25,248 nucleotides of DNA from Candidatus Eiseniibacteriota bacterium (GCA_043810925.1 JBDRNT010000163.1:1-25248), one strand, 5' to 3'. Shown: positions 1 to 9,241, counted from the first letter of the stretch. Program-made: numbers and translations. Notes: a model not told the origin generated them from the letters alone.

Positions 1-164
1 GCAGTGAGGCACTGACACCAAAACCTGCGAAGTCCCGGCAATGGCTGGACGCTGATCACTCAGTTATAAGGGGTGAGATCACCCCACCCCGAGGGCGGCG
101 TATGCCCTATTGACAGGTGCCTCTTAATGGGTGACCCCATCAGGTGACCCCACCCAGTTTGCGG

Positions 165-194
165 TTGACATGGGTGGGGGAAGAAATGTAATTT
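165..194 (+). promoter_or_regulatory. Putative sigma70 promoter for the gld-like ABC operon
   Basis: TTGACA (165-170), 18-nt spacer, TAATTT (189-194), 83 nt upstream of ATG 278. Confidence 0.5.
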
Positions 195-201
195 CTCCTC
201 T

Positions 202-231
202 GGAACTTTTTCAGGGTCTTGCCGGTTCCAA
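202..231 (+). promoter_or_regulatory. Possible ECF (sigmaE-like) promoter or palindromic operator
   Basis: GGAACTT (202-208)-N16-GTTCCAA (225-231); similar GGAACTTTT motif upstream of degP; TGGAAC/GTTCCA is also an inverted repeat. Confidence 0.35.
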
Positions 232-277
232 CCTGGTGAGTCTTTTTGCCAATAGAGGGATGTACGGGGCTTAAGCC

Positions 278-1216
278 ATGATATCCGTATCGAATCTGGG
301 TAAGACATTCGGAAGAACGGTAGCCGTAAACGGCATATCCTTTGAGGTGAACAGGGGCGAGGTGCTCGGTTTCCTCGGCCCCAACGCTGCGGGTAAGACC
401 ACGACCATGCGGATGCTCACCTGCTATCTCACACCTGACCGCGGTACGGCCACCGTTGCCGGCTTTGATATCATGGAGGACTCGCTCGAGGTTCGCAAAC
501 GGGTGGGCTACCTGCCGGAGAGCGCACCGCTTTACACGGACATGGACGTCGAGGCCTACCTTAAGTTCATAGCCGATGTGCGTGGTCTCACCCGGGAAGA
601 GAGTTCACGGAGCATAGGCAGGATGATAGAAACGTGCGGGCTCAAGAGCGTGGTCGGGAGGAACATCGGTGAGCTCTCCAAGGGCTTCAAGCAGCGTGTG
701 GGTGTCGCCCAGACCCTGATCCACGATCCCGAGATACTCGTACTCGATGAGCCGACAACCGGTCTCGATCCCTCTCAGATCATCGAGATCCGCGAACTCA
801 TAAAGGAGATCGGAAAGGAGCGGACGGTGATCCTGAGCACCCATATCCTTCCCGAGGTGGAGGCTACCTGCTCAAGGGTCGTCATAATAAATGAGGGTGA
901 ATTGACGGCGAGCGGGACCCCTGAAGAGCTTAACGCGGTCGCAGGCGGCGAGGACCTAATACATGTATCGGTAAGGGCCGGTGATGCTCCCGTTGAAGAG
1001 GCGCTCGGACGAATAACGTCGGTGACCTCGGTTGCGAGGGTGGGTGAGGGCGGTGAGGGATACGTGCGCTACGTCCTAAAGTCGAAGAACGGCGTGGACG
1101 TGGGTGAGCAGGTCTACAGGGCTGCGGTCGAGAACGGCTGGACGCTTAACGAGCTGCGCAGGGAGACCTTAAGCCTCGAAGATATATTCCTGAAGCTCAC
1201 GACAAAGGAGAAGTAG
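278..1216 (+). CDS. ABC transporter ATP-binding protein, GldA-like (ABC-2 type)
   Basis: Walker A GPNAAGKT, signature LSKGFKQRVG, Walker B LVLDEPT, H-loop LSTH; first gene of a GldA/F/G-like cluster. Confidence 0.93.
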   Translation: MISVSNLGKTFGRTVAVNGISFEVNRGEVLGFLGPNAAGKTTTMRMLTCYLTPDRGTATVAGFDIMEDSLEVRKRVGYLPESAPLYTDMDVEAYLKFIADVRGLTREESSRSIGRMIETCGLKSVVGRNIGELSKGFKQRVGVAQTLIHDPEILVLDEPTTGLDPSQIIEIRELIKEIGKERTVILSTHILPEVEATCSRVVIINEGELTASGTPEELNAVAGGEDLIHVSVRAGDAPVEEALGRITSVTSVARVGEGGEGYVRYVLKSKNGVDVGEQVYRAAVENGWTLNELRRETLSLEDIFLKLTTKEK

Positions 1217-1223
1217 CGGGGCC

Positions 1224-1934
1224 ATGAAGAGCACGGTACCTATTTTCAAACGCGAATTTGCAAGCTACTTCAATTCCCCCATCGCATTCATCTATCTTAC
1301 GGTTTTCCTTGCGCTTTCAAGCTGGCTCTTTCTCAAGGGCTTTTTCCTGATCGGCGAAGCGTCGATGAGGGCCTATTTCGGGCTGATTCCCTGGGTCTTC
1401 CTTTTCTTCATCCCCGCGATCACCATGCGGCTCTGGGCTGAGGAGAAGAAGGCCGGCACGATGGAACTGCTGATGACCCTGCCGGTCACGGATACGGAGG
1501 CCGTCCTGGGCAAGTTCCTGGCCAGTTTCGCCTTTCTTGTTGTGAGTCTCGCGCTGTCCTTCGTGCTTCCGATAGTGGTTGGAGCGCTCGGGGATCCCGA
1601 TTCGGGTCAGATCGCCGGCGGCTATCTCGGCTCCGTGCTCCTGGGGGGCGCCTATCTGGCGATCGGACTTTTCATCTCGAGTCTTACCGAGAATCAGATA
1701 GTCGCTTTCATAGTATCAATCGTTGCGATATTCGGACTCTTTATCCTCGGCGAGGACTTTGTCCTCTTCGGTATGCCCGACAGGGTGGTCCCGGTGCTGA
1801 GTTTCCTCGGTCTGGGTGGTCATTTCGACAGCGTGAGCCGGGGCGTCGTCGACAGCCGGGACGTTCTTTACTATGTCTCGGTGATCGGTTTCTTTCTCTA
1901 TCTCAATGTAAAGACGATCGGAGCAAGAAAGTAA
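1224..1934 (+). CDS. ABC-2 transporter permease, GldF-like
   Basis: About 6 hydrophobic segments; motifs REFASYFNSPIAFI, PAITMRLWAEEKKAGTMELLMTLP, SSLTENQIVAF, RGVVDSRD. Confidence 0.92.
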   Translation: MKSTVPIFKREFASYFNSPIAFIYLTVFLALSSWLFLKGFFLIGEASMRAYFGLIPWVFLFFIPAITMRLWAEEKKAGTMELLMTLPVTDTEAVLGKFLASFAFLVVSLALSFVLPIVVGALGDPDSGQIAGGYLGSVLLGGAYLAIGLFISSLTENQIVAFIVSIVAIFGLFILGEDFVLFGMPDRVVPVLSFLGLGGHFDSVSRGVVDSRDVLYYVSVIGFFLYLNVKTIGARK

Positions 1935-1943
1935 GGGTATGAG

Positions 1944-3515
1944 ATGAGATCGAAGAACTATAGGAGCAGTGCTCTCTTTGAGATCATCATGGTCATAGCC
2001 ATAGTTGCGTTGGTCAATCTGCTGTCACTCAGGTTTTTTACGAGGGCGGACTTGACGGACGGCAAACTCTTCAGCGTCTCGGAATCGACGAGGGACGTGG
2101 TCGGGGACCTGGATGACATCGTCAATATCAAGGTCTATTTCTCGCAGAAACTGCCTCCCTATCTTACAACACTTACACGGCAGGTCAGGGACGTGCTGGA
2201 TGAGTACAGGGCCTACGCGGGCGGCAATCTGATCGTGGACTTCGAGGACCCGGCCGCCGACCCTGAGACCGAGCAGCGGGTGCGCTCACTGGGCATCCCG
2301 CCTGTTCAGCTCAATATCATCGAGAAGGACAAGGCCGAGATCTTGAATGCATACCTGGGGATCGCGATTCTCTTCGAGGACAGGCATGAGGTGATCCCCG
2401 TCGTACAGAATGCAGCCAATCTCGAATACGAACTCACCTCCGCTATCGTCAAGGTTACAAGTAAGGAACAGAAGACTGTGGGGTTTTTGACCGGGCACGG
2501 GGAACCCGATATTGATGCGGGCTACGAGGCCGCCAGGCGCTCGCTTGAGAAACAGTATGCAGTTAAGCGTGTCCCCACCGCTGATGGCCGGATGGTCCCG
2601 GATGACATAAACACGCTCATTGTAGCAGGTGCCGTCCAGCTGGGTGCGTGGGACCGGTTTGCGATCGACCAGTTTGTGATGAGAGGCGGGCGCGTGTTCT
2701 TCCTGGTGGACAAGATGACGGTCCCTGAGGGTACGCTCACCGCTACGCCGGTTGAGACCGGGCTGGACTCATTGCTTGCGCATTACGGTCTTGTCTTAAG
2801 GCCGGACCTTGTGATCGACCGGAGTGCCGGTAGTGCGACTTTTTCGGCGGGCTTCTTCAGATACACCTTGCCCTATCCGCTCTGGCCCATGATCGTACGA
2901 AGCGGCTTCAGCGAGGAGTCTCCCATCACCAACCAGCTCGAGCGGGCGGTTCTGCCGTGGACGAGCAGTATCGAAATCACCGCAGTGGGCGATGGTGCGC
3001 CTGAGGCGGTGGTCCTCGCCAGAAGCTCACCCGAATCGTGGACGGAAGAGCGTCAGTTCGATCTTAATCCTCAGCGTAACTTCATGCCGCTCACTGAGGT
3101 CGCGCCACGCAATCTTGCTGTGCTCTTAAGGGGCAGGTTCTCAAGCTTCTTTGCGGGCCGGCCGGTGCCCACTGCCGGTACGGGGGAGCCGTGGGACGGA
3201 ATCAGACTGGACACGAGTCCCGAGACTCAAATCATCCTGGTCGGCAATTCGAGGTTCGTTGCCAATGACTTTCTGGGGCAGTACCCCGAGAACCGGACCT
3301 TCTTCCTTAACGCAGTCGACTGGCTCACCCTGGGCGACAGTCTTATCGGTATAAGATCGAGAGGCGTAACGACAAGACCGCTTAAGCAGATCGGTGAACG
3401 CAGCAAAGCGACCATCAGGTTCGCGTCGACCTTCGGGATACCCACGGTGTTGATCATCTGGGGTCTGATCAGACGTTACTTCAGGTCATCACGCAGAAGA
3501 GAGAACAGGTGGTGA
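1944..3515 (+). CDS. GldG-family ABC transporter auxiliary protein
   Basis: N-terminal TM, RADLTDGKLFSVS, EYELTSAI, GFLTGHGE, DQFVMRGG, FFLNAVDWL..LIGIRSR, C-terminal TM. Confidence 0.9.
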   Translation: MRSKNYRSSALFEIIMVIAIVALVNLLSLRFFTRADLTDGKLFSVSESTRDVVGDLDDIVNIKVYFSQKLPPYLTTLTRQVRDVLDEYRAYAGGNLIVDFEDPAADPETEQRVRSLGIPPVQLNIIEKDKAEILNAYLGIAILFEDRHEVIPVVQNAANLEYELTSAIVKVTSKEQKTVGFLTGHGEPDIDAGYEAARRSLEKQYAVKRVPTADGRMVPDDINTLIVAGAVQLGAWDRFAIDQFVMRGGRVFFLVDKMTVPEGTLTATPVETGLDSLLAHYGLVLRPDLVIDRSAGSATFSAGFFRYTLPYPLWPMIVRSGFSEESPITNQLERAVLPWTSSIEITAVGDGAPEAVVLARSSPESWTEERQFDLNPQRNFMPLTEVAPRNLAVLLRGRFSSFFAGRPVPTAGTGEPWDGIRLDTSPETQIILVGNSRFVANDFLGQYPENRTFFLNAVDWLTLGDSLIGIRSRGVTTRPLKQIGERSKATIRFASTFGIPTVLIIWGLIRRYFRSSRRRENRW

Positions 3516-3519
3516 AACC

Positions 3520-4458
3520 ATGAAGGTGAAGATGGGGCTCCTGGTCGTGCTTGCGATCCTGGTTGCGATCTTCGCGATTCTCAGGTTGGGTGTGGACAGG
3601 TCCGCCAGGGAGAAACCGCTTTACCCGGGGTTCCGGCGGGAATCGGCGGCCAGGATAACAATAGTGGGCAAGGAACGGGAGACGGTGATCGAGAAAAAGG
3701 AGGATGGTCAGTGGCTTGTCGTCAGTGAGGACTCCTTCCCCGCTGAGGGCGGCGTGGTCGAGGCCATGCTGGATAAGATCACCGGCTTCTCACGCAAGGA
3801 TATCATCTCGTCCAATCCTGAGAAGCAGACACTCTACCAGGTGGACGCGAGCGGCATCAATGTCGACATAGAGACGACCGATGACGCCACCGCGGCCTCA
3901 TTTGTGATCGGGAAGGCCGGACCCGACTACCAGAGTACATATGTAAGGGATGCGGGATCGGACGACGTGATCCTTGCTCCGGGTTATCTGCCACAGGCAT
4001 TCGAGCGAGGCAACCGGTCCTGGCAGGATAAGACGATTTACGCATTTGAGCCTGATGATTTCCTCGAAATCGCCATCAAGCGACCGGGTGAGACGATTGT
4101 GCTCCTCAAGGACCGGGCAGGCGAGTGGTTCATAAGCAGACCCGAGAGTACGGCCGTCGATCCTAATGCGGTCTCGAGGCTCGTGAGAACCCTCGGGCGG
4201 CTCCGGTGCGATGACTTCGCGGGAAGAACATCTCTGCCCGAATACGGTCTCGCCATGGCGGACTCTTCAGTGTGGTTTAGAACCGCCGAGGGCGAGCATG
4301 AACTCGTGTTCGGCGCCGCGGTGGGGACGGACCGCATCTATACCCGAACCACCGCATCCGACGTCATATACGCTCTGGCGTCCCACAAGGTGGGCATGCT
4401 ACTACCCCGACTGGATAAGCTACGCGCCCGGATACCCGATGCGCCCGGGGAAGAGTAG
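3520..4458 (+). CDS. DUF4340-like membrane-anchored periplasmic protein
   Basis: N-terminal signal/TM; two repeated beta-rich units (W..x..FPA..V..L, YGL, L.FG); usual fourth gene of GldA/F/G-like operons. Confidence 0.75.
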   Translation: MKVKMGLLVVLAILVAIFAILRLGVDRSAREKPLYPGFRRESAARITIVGKERETVIEKKEDGQWLVVSEDSFPAEGGVVEAMLDKITGFSRKDIISSNPEKQTLYQVDASGINVDIETTDDATAASFVIGKAGPDYQSTYVRDAGSDDVILAPGYLPQAFERGNRSWQDKTIYAFEPDDFLEIAIKRPGETIVLLKDRAGEWFISRPESTAVDPNAVSRLVRTLGRLRCDDFAGRTSLPEYGLAMADSSVWFRTAEGEHELVFGAAVGTDRIYTRTTASDVIYALASHKVGMLLPRLDKLRARIPDAPGEE

Positions 4459-4460
4459 AC

Positions 4461-5675
4461 TTGACCCAGCGGCGCTACCAGGATGACAGCTATGCCACCG
4501 AGTTCGAAAGCGGCGTAGTCTCGGTCTTAAAGCACGGTGATGAGTACGCAACCGTCCTTGAAGGCACCCTCTTTTATCCCGAATCAGGCGGACAGCCATG
4601 CGACACCGGTTCGATCGAAGGGCTTACAATTGAAAGCGTGATTGAGCAAGATGGAGACATCCTCCACATATCCTCAGCCGGGCCGCCGTTTGGTCCGGGC
4701 GATACCGTAAGGGCTAAGATCGACTGGGCGAGACGGTTTACGAATATGCAGCAGCATACGGGGCAGCATATCCTCTCCCAGGCGTTCGTTTCCGTTCTCG
4801 ATGCAAAGACGGTCTCATCCAGACTTGGTACCGGTCACTCGACTGTGGATGTCTCGAAACTCGACCTTACGTGGGATGACATGGAAAAGGTCGAGCGGCT
4901 GAGCAACTCCATCGTCTTCGAGAACCGCGAGGTCAGGGTTTATGAGGCGAAGGCAGGTGAGGTAAGCGGGCTGCGTGTAAAGCAGGATCCTGCGAGGGAT
5001 CTCCTTAGAATCGTCGAAGTCGACGGCTTTGACAAGTCCCCCTGTGGTGGTACCCACTGCCGGATGACGGGTGAGGTCGGTCTCATAAAGATACTCCGGT
5101 GGGAGAAGGTGAGGGATGCCACGCGGGCGGAGTTCTTATGCGGCGCTCTTGCTGAGGCCGACTACTTCTGGAAGAGCCGCTTTATAGTCGATCTTGCCCA
5201 GCGGCAGACCACGAAGGATACCGGCATACCCGCTCAGGTCTTTGACCTTTATGACAGTCACAAGGACCTGCGGCGCCAGGTGGAATCCTTAAGGGCCGAA
5301 CTGCTCGAGTATGAAATCGCTGAGATTGAGACACGCGCCCGCGAGATCTCCGGCACGCGTGTGGTATCGGCCTATCTTGACGGAAGTAGCGCGGCCGATA
5401 TCAAGGACATGGCTCTTCGGCTTACCGGAAAGGGGAACACGGTGGCACTGCTTGCATCGGGTAAGGATCGGGTGCATCTTGTGTTCTCAAGGTCGGAGGA
5501 TGTGCCGGCGGACATGAGGAAACTGATCGCCGTTGCCTGTGAACTTGTGGATGGGAGGGGCGGCGGCAAGCCGGCCGTCTGCCAGGGTGGCGGTAGTGAC
5601 CCCGGGCGTGTCCACGAAGCCCTTGAAGAATCCGAACGCCTCCTTGACATTCAACTGCGAGAGCGTGATACTTAA
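4461..5675 (+). CDS. alaX: Alanyl-tRNA editing protein AlaX-L (editing domain + C-terminal DHHA1)
   Basis: TLFYPESGGQPCDTG, zinc ligands QQHTGQH and CGGTH, C-terminal GRGGGKP..CQGGG; TTG start 2 nt after the previous stop. Confidence 0.9.
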   Translation: MTQRRYQDDSYATEFESGVVSVLKHGDEYATVLEGTLFYPESGGQPCDTGSIEGLTIESVIEQDGDILHISSAGPPFGPGDTVRAKIDWARRFTNMQQHTGQHILSQAFVSVLDAKTVSSRLGTGHSTVDVSKLDLTWDDMEKVERLSNSIVFENREVRVYEAKAGEVSGLRVKQDPARDLLRIVEVDGFDKSPCGGTHCRMTGEVGLIKILRWEKVRDATRAEFLCGALAEADYFWKSRFIVDLAQRQTTKDTGIPAQVFDLYDSHKDLRRQVESLRAELLEYEIAEIETRAREISGTRVVSAYLDGSSAADIKDMALRLTGKGNTVALLASGKDRVHLVFSRSEDVPADMRKLIAVACELVDGRGGGKPAVCQGGGSDPGRVHEALEESERLLDIQLRERDT

Positions 5676-5737
5676 TTGAGAACCGTTATTCCGGTGACAC
5701 GACACTTAATTACTGAGGTCCTGGTGGAGGTGTTGAC

Positions 5738-6706
5738 GTGGGAGGTGTAAGCGTGAGACGGATGGATGGCAGGGTTGGTGGGATGATGAGGTTCGCGGGA
5801 GCCGGGTTGCTTGTTCTCATGCTGGCGGCCGGTGCCTGGTCATCACCCACATGTATGCAATTCCTCAGGTTATCGACATTGCCGAGAGTCTCGGCGATGG
5901 GTGAGGCGGCTGCAGCCGTGCGGGATGCCACCTGGGCCGAGGCGAATCCATCACATCTTACGAGCATGGACGGCACGCTGATAACGTTCTCGCACACGTC
6001 CTGGTTTGAAGATATATCGCTTGAATCCCTGACGATGGGGACATCGAGCGGGAAGCAGGCATTCGGTATCTCGGTCGTGGGACTCCATACCGATCCTCTG
6101 GATGAATACGATGCGGTGGGCAGGTATCTCGGCAGTTTCCGGTACTTCGATTTCTTTGTGAGCGGCTCATACGCAAGAGCCCTTACGCCTTCGCTCAGCG
6201 TCGGTATTACAGGTAAGACCCTGTATGAGAAGATCGGATGGGATGCGGCGACGGGGCTTGCCATCGACCTGGGTCTCGGCTACACCGTTCCGATGAGACT
6301 CGCCCGCGGTGGCCTCTCGGCGGGTCTTGTGATGAGGAACCTGGGTACCGAGATGGGTTACCATGATGAGAGTTTCCCGCTGCCTCTTACGTGGCAGGGC
6401 GGGGTGAGCTACGAGCCGATGTGGCTTCCGCCGTACATGCAGGGTGTTGTTGCCCTGGCATACGAGAAGACCAGGGACCGTGACGGAGGGATGCTTGCAG
6501 GGCTTGAGATCGGACTATCCGACATCGTGGCGGTGAGACTCGGTCACAGAGGCACTTATGACAACGGCGACCTCACCTTCGGGGTGGGGCTGGCCCTGGC
6601 CGGTACATCTGTAGACTATGCTTACGTCGACCTGGGTGAGAATCTGGGCGGCACCCACAGGGTTTCGCTCGGGTTTAAGGTCGGCGCGATCTTCCCCTCA
6701 CCTTAG
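5738..6706 (+). CDS. PorV/PorQ-family outer-membrane beta-barrel protein (start uncertain)
   Basis: Signal-like N-terminus, FLRL...RVSAMGEA..A..DA....NP, DLG, RNLG, LPLT, DYAY..LG.LGGTHRVSLG. Confidence 0.8.
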   Translation: MGGVSVRRMDGRVGGMMRFAGAGLLVLMLAAGAWSSPTCMQFLRLSTLPRVSAMGEAAAAVRDATWAEANPSHLTSMDGTLITFSHTSWFEDISLESLTMGTSSGKQAFGISVVGLHTDPLDEYDAVGRYLGSFRYFDFFVSGSYARALTPSLSVGITGKTLYEKIGWDAATGLAIDLGLGYTVPMRLARGGLSAGLVMRNLGTEMGYHDESFPLPLTWQGGVSYEPMWLPPYMQGVVALAYEKTRDRDGGMLAGLEIGLSDIVAVRLGHRGTYDNGDLTFGVGLALAGTSVDYAYVDLGENLGGTHRVSLGFKVGAIFPSP

Positions 6707-6718
6707 GCACATCGTAAC

Positions 6719-6790
6719 GTCCGGTTGCCATGCCGGACACTCCCGGATCCATGCAGCATAGGGGTTTCCACCCCGGACGATCGATTGCAT
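6719..6790. terminator. GC-rich stem-loops between convergent genes (no clear U-tract)
   Basis: GTCCGG/CCGGAC (6719-6738), GGGGT/ACCCC (6761-6774), ATGCA/TGCAT (6751-6790). Confidence 0.3.
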
Positions 6791-6804
6791 CCCCGCTTGG
6801 TCCC

Positions 6805-7239
6805 TCACCGGCTCAGTCTCTTGCGCATGAGCCCAAATGCCGCGCCCAACCCCAGGAATCCGGATAACGAATAGACCAGCCAGAAAAGCTGATCCCTGCC
6901 GCCGATCGGGCCATAGACGAGAGGATGAGAGATCTTCCAGAGCCAGATCACGAACCACAAGAGGAAACCGTGCTTTAGCCCCCCGACTACGGTATCCAGC
7001 CTTTTCGTCAGAGGCATGCTTGCATAGATCAGCGACAACATCAGGCCGAGTACTCCTCCAATTGCGAGCTTGGTCCAGAGGAAATACAACGGATTCAGCT
7101 CTGAAGGTTCGAACTTGCCGTCCGGTGCGAATTGCGGTCCGTATATGATACGTGACGCGATTGCACCGCCAACAAACAGAGCCAGCCCCATAAGCAACCC
7201 CGCGACGACACCTGCGATGGCTTCATTTCTGAGTCTCAT
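6805..7239 (-). CDS. Small integral membrane protein (about 4 TM), unknown function
   Basis: 144 aa, four hydrophobic segments, AAGGAG SD before ATG, co-oriented with the upstream secreted-protein gene. Confidence 0.75.
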   Translation of the reverse strand: MRLRNEAIAGVVAGLLMGLALFVGGAIASRIIYGPQFAPDGKFEPSELNPLYFLWTKLAIGGVLGLMLSLIYASMPLTKRLDTVVGGLKHGFLLWFVIWLWKISHPLVYGPIGGRDQLFWLVYSLSGFLGLGAAFGLMRKRLSR

Positions 7240-7269
7240 ACGTGTTACTCCTTCCTTTTTGCGGCGGCC

Positions 7270-8142
7270 TTAATCGCCTCCAACGGTGCGTGTCTTTTCA
7301 ACCCGACCATACTGAATCAGCTCTATATGCTTCCTACCGGGATCGACGTATTTCACTAGATGGCAAGGCGGGTCTGCAGTGTAGTAGTAATGATACCGGG
7401 TACTCCAGAATAGCCGGCCTATCATCCCTGCTACACCGAACTCGATCTCGACGCAGCGAAAGGTCCCTCCCGGGACCACGACATCTGCTTGACCCCTGCG
7501 TTTTGCGTACACATCGACAATGCGGAATGTGTCTTGACCGCGGTCAACCAGCAGTCTCAGGTCCACCTTGTCCGAATTGCTTTGGTGGGAGAATGCCCGC
7601 AGGTGGTGGAGGAGCGTAGCGCCGGTGTGCGTGTCGGCATCAGCCTCTACTTCTACGATGCGTGCCTGCCCTTCGCCCTCGCCTGTGATGCGCAGCGTTT
7701 GTCCTGAGAAATCGATCTGCCTTTCGACACTCCCACTGCTGTCGAGACTCTGATACCGATATGGCAGGAGACCGTCTCGACTCATCCAAATCGAGGTAGT
7801 CATCCCCCCGCCGGTACGTTTCACGAGGTAGTACGGCCGGCCGTCTTCCTCGACGTAGGTCACCAGGGTCGTATCCACAGACGAATAGCCGGTCTCGAGA
7901 TCCGTCGTCTGTGTAACGTAGGTCTCACCCTGTGGGATCAGGAATCCCTCGGACACCGGCCCCCCGGAATCAGCAACTGCCGGGGTGGGCGAGACCAGAG
8001 GAGAGAGCATGAGACCTAATGCAAGAACGGTCCTCCATGCCGCCCGCACCTTCATCTTCAGGCTGGACCGGTCGACCGGCCTGTCGGCCCCGATACAACA
8101 GCCAACGTGGCCGTAGCGGAACAAACGGTGGCAACCTCTCAT
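7270..8142 (-). CDS. Secreted beta-rich hypothetical protein (DUF3108-like)
   Basis: Strong SD GGGAGGT before ATG 8142; signal peptide-like segment ending PAVA; C-terminal VVVPGGTFRC motif. Confidence 0.7.
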   Translation of the reverse strand: MRGCHRLFRYGHVGCCIGADRPVDRSSLKMKVRAAWRTVLALGLMLSPLVSPTPAVADSGGPVSEGFLIPQGETYVTQTTDLETGYSSVDTTLVTYVEEDGRPYYLVKRTGGGMTTSIWMSRDGLLPYRYQSLDSSGSVERQIDFSGQTLRITGEGEGQARIVEVEADADTHTGATLLHHLRAFSHQSNSDKVDLRLLVDRGQDTFRIVDVYAKRRGQADVVVPGGTFRCVEIEFGVAGMIGRLFWSTRYHYYYTADPPCHLVKYVDPGRKHIELIQYGRVEKTRTVGGD

Positions 8143-8172
8143 GTTTACCTCCCTTGACGATGTGAGCGACTA

Positions 8173-8208
8173 TGCTCAATAAACCAGAGTACTTCAGTTA
8201 TTAAAGTT
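8173..8208. promoter_or_regulatory. Tandem 19-bp palindromic operator boxes
   Basis: TGCTCAA-N5-CAGAGTA (8173-8191) and TACTTCA-N5-TAAAGTT (8190-8208); same architecture at 9138-9173. Confidence 0.6.
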
Positions 8209-8223
8209 AATGTGTAAAAAAAA

Positions 8224-8520
8224 CTATGGCCTGAGTATCCTTTCCAACTGCGCAAGATACTTCTTAAACGCCCGGCGTCCCTTCTCGGTGATCCGGTAAT
8301 GAGAAACCGGACGGCGCTCTCTGAAGGTCTTTGCTGCTGATATATACCCCGCCTCTTCAAGTTTTCGAAGATTGGCGCTGAGATTGCCGTCGGTCGCATT
8401 GATTTTGTCTCTTATGAATGTAAACTGGGCCTCGTCGACATTGACAAGCACGGCCATGACTGCCAGCCGTACCCGGGAATGAATCACGTCATCGAGCTGT
8501 TTATAGTCGAATTCACTCAT
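8224..8520 (-). CDS. Winged-helix transcriptional regulator (HTH_34 / ArsR-MarR-like)
   Basis: LDDVIHSRVRLAVM..L, ATDGNLSANLRKLEEAGYI, Y.IT.KGR.AF..Y. Confidence 0.9.
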   Translation of the reverse strand: MSEFDYKQLDDVIHSRVRLAVMAVLVNVDEAQFTFIRDKINATDGNLSANLRKLEEAGYISAAKTFRERRPVSHYRITEKGRRAFKKYLAQLERILRP

Positions 8521-8524
8521 AGGT

Positions 8525-9118
8525 CTATCGACCCAGATCCGCCTTCCACCTCTTATAGATCACGATGCCCGGCACCAGCTGGAGCAGGACGAACATCCCG
8601 GCCAACATGGCGACGGAATACTCGCTGGGCACCAGAAACATGAAGACAGCACCAGCCCACCAGAGAATGGCCGTGTTGCGCAGCCAGGCATTGGTTGTGA
8701 TCAGGCCGGTCGTAAAGCACACGCTTCCAAAGAGGGTCGCCACCACCGGAGAGATCGCCCACGACTCAATCGCCCCGGAGAAGTAACCTATGAGAGTCAG
8801 TATCGGGATTGCTACGCCCCAACCCGACCAGACGGCCTCCAGAGTTCTCTGAGCGAAGGTCTTCACACGGATCTCAGAGTAGGTGCTTCTTTTCAGCATA
8901 AAGCTCAGCAACCATCCGATGGCAATAATCGGTACCCACAGCCAGGCATGGCTGAAGGCGGCTCCCAAGCCTTCGAGCACGTACTTGATTGCTATTCCAG
9001 CCAGGACCAGAAGACTCCAGAGAATGTACTGCTTACCATTATCTACGATGACTCTCTGACTGTCTTCCATTACCTTCTTTATGAAGGCCAGTTCTTCCTG
9101 TGCTTGCGATCTATCCAT
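8525..9118 (-). CDS. Integral membrane protein (about 6 TM) paired with the wHTH regulator
   Basis: ORF track gives 9133; ATG 9118 has the better SD (AAGGTG); hydrophobic segments; 4 nt upstream of the regulator. Confidence 0.8.
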   Translation of the reverse strand: MDRSQAQEELAFIKKVMEDSQRVIVDNGKQYILWSLLVLAGIAIKYVLEGLGAAFSHAWLWVPIIAIGWLLSFMLKRSTYSEIRVKTFAQRTLEAVWSGWGVAIPILTLIGYFSGAIESWAISPVVATLFGSVCFTTGLITTNAWLRNTAILWWAGAVFMFLVPSEYSVAMLAGMFVLLQLVPGIVIYKRWKADLGR

Positions 9119-9137
9119 GTCGACACCTTCCATCCTG

Positions 9138-9173
9138 GTTTCAAAGGTTTAAAGTACTCTAATAAATAGAGTA
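9138..9173. promoter_or_regulatory. Tandem 19-bp operator boxes overlapping the -10 element
   Basis: Perfect TACTCTA-ATAAA-TAGAGTA (9155-9173) plus degenerate GTTTCAA-N5-TAAAGTA (9138-9156). Confidence 0.65.
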
Positions 9174-9196
9174 ACATTTGCTCTGACCTGTGTCAA
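9168..9196 (-). promoter_or_regulatory. sigma70 promoter for the membrane protein-wHTH operon
   Basis: Minus strand TTGACA (9196-9191)-N17-TACTCT (9173-9168) with TGn extended -10. Confidence 0.7.
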
Positions 9197-9241
9197 GGAA
9201 GAAGTCGGCGGGATCTTCCCCTCGCCTCTGGCCCCGGCCAA

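Noticed and set aside
110-138. TTGACA at 110-115 as a promoter
   Set aside because: No -10 element at 16-18 nt spacing
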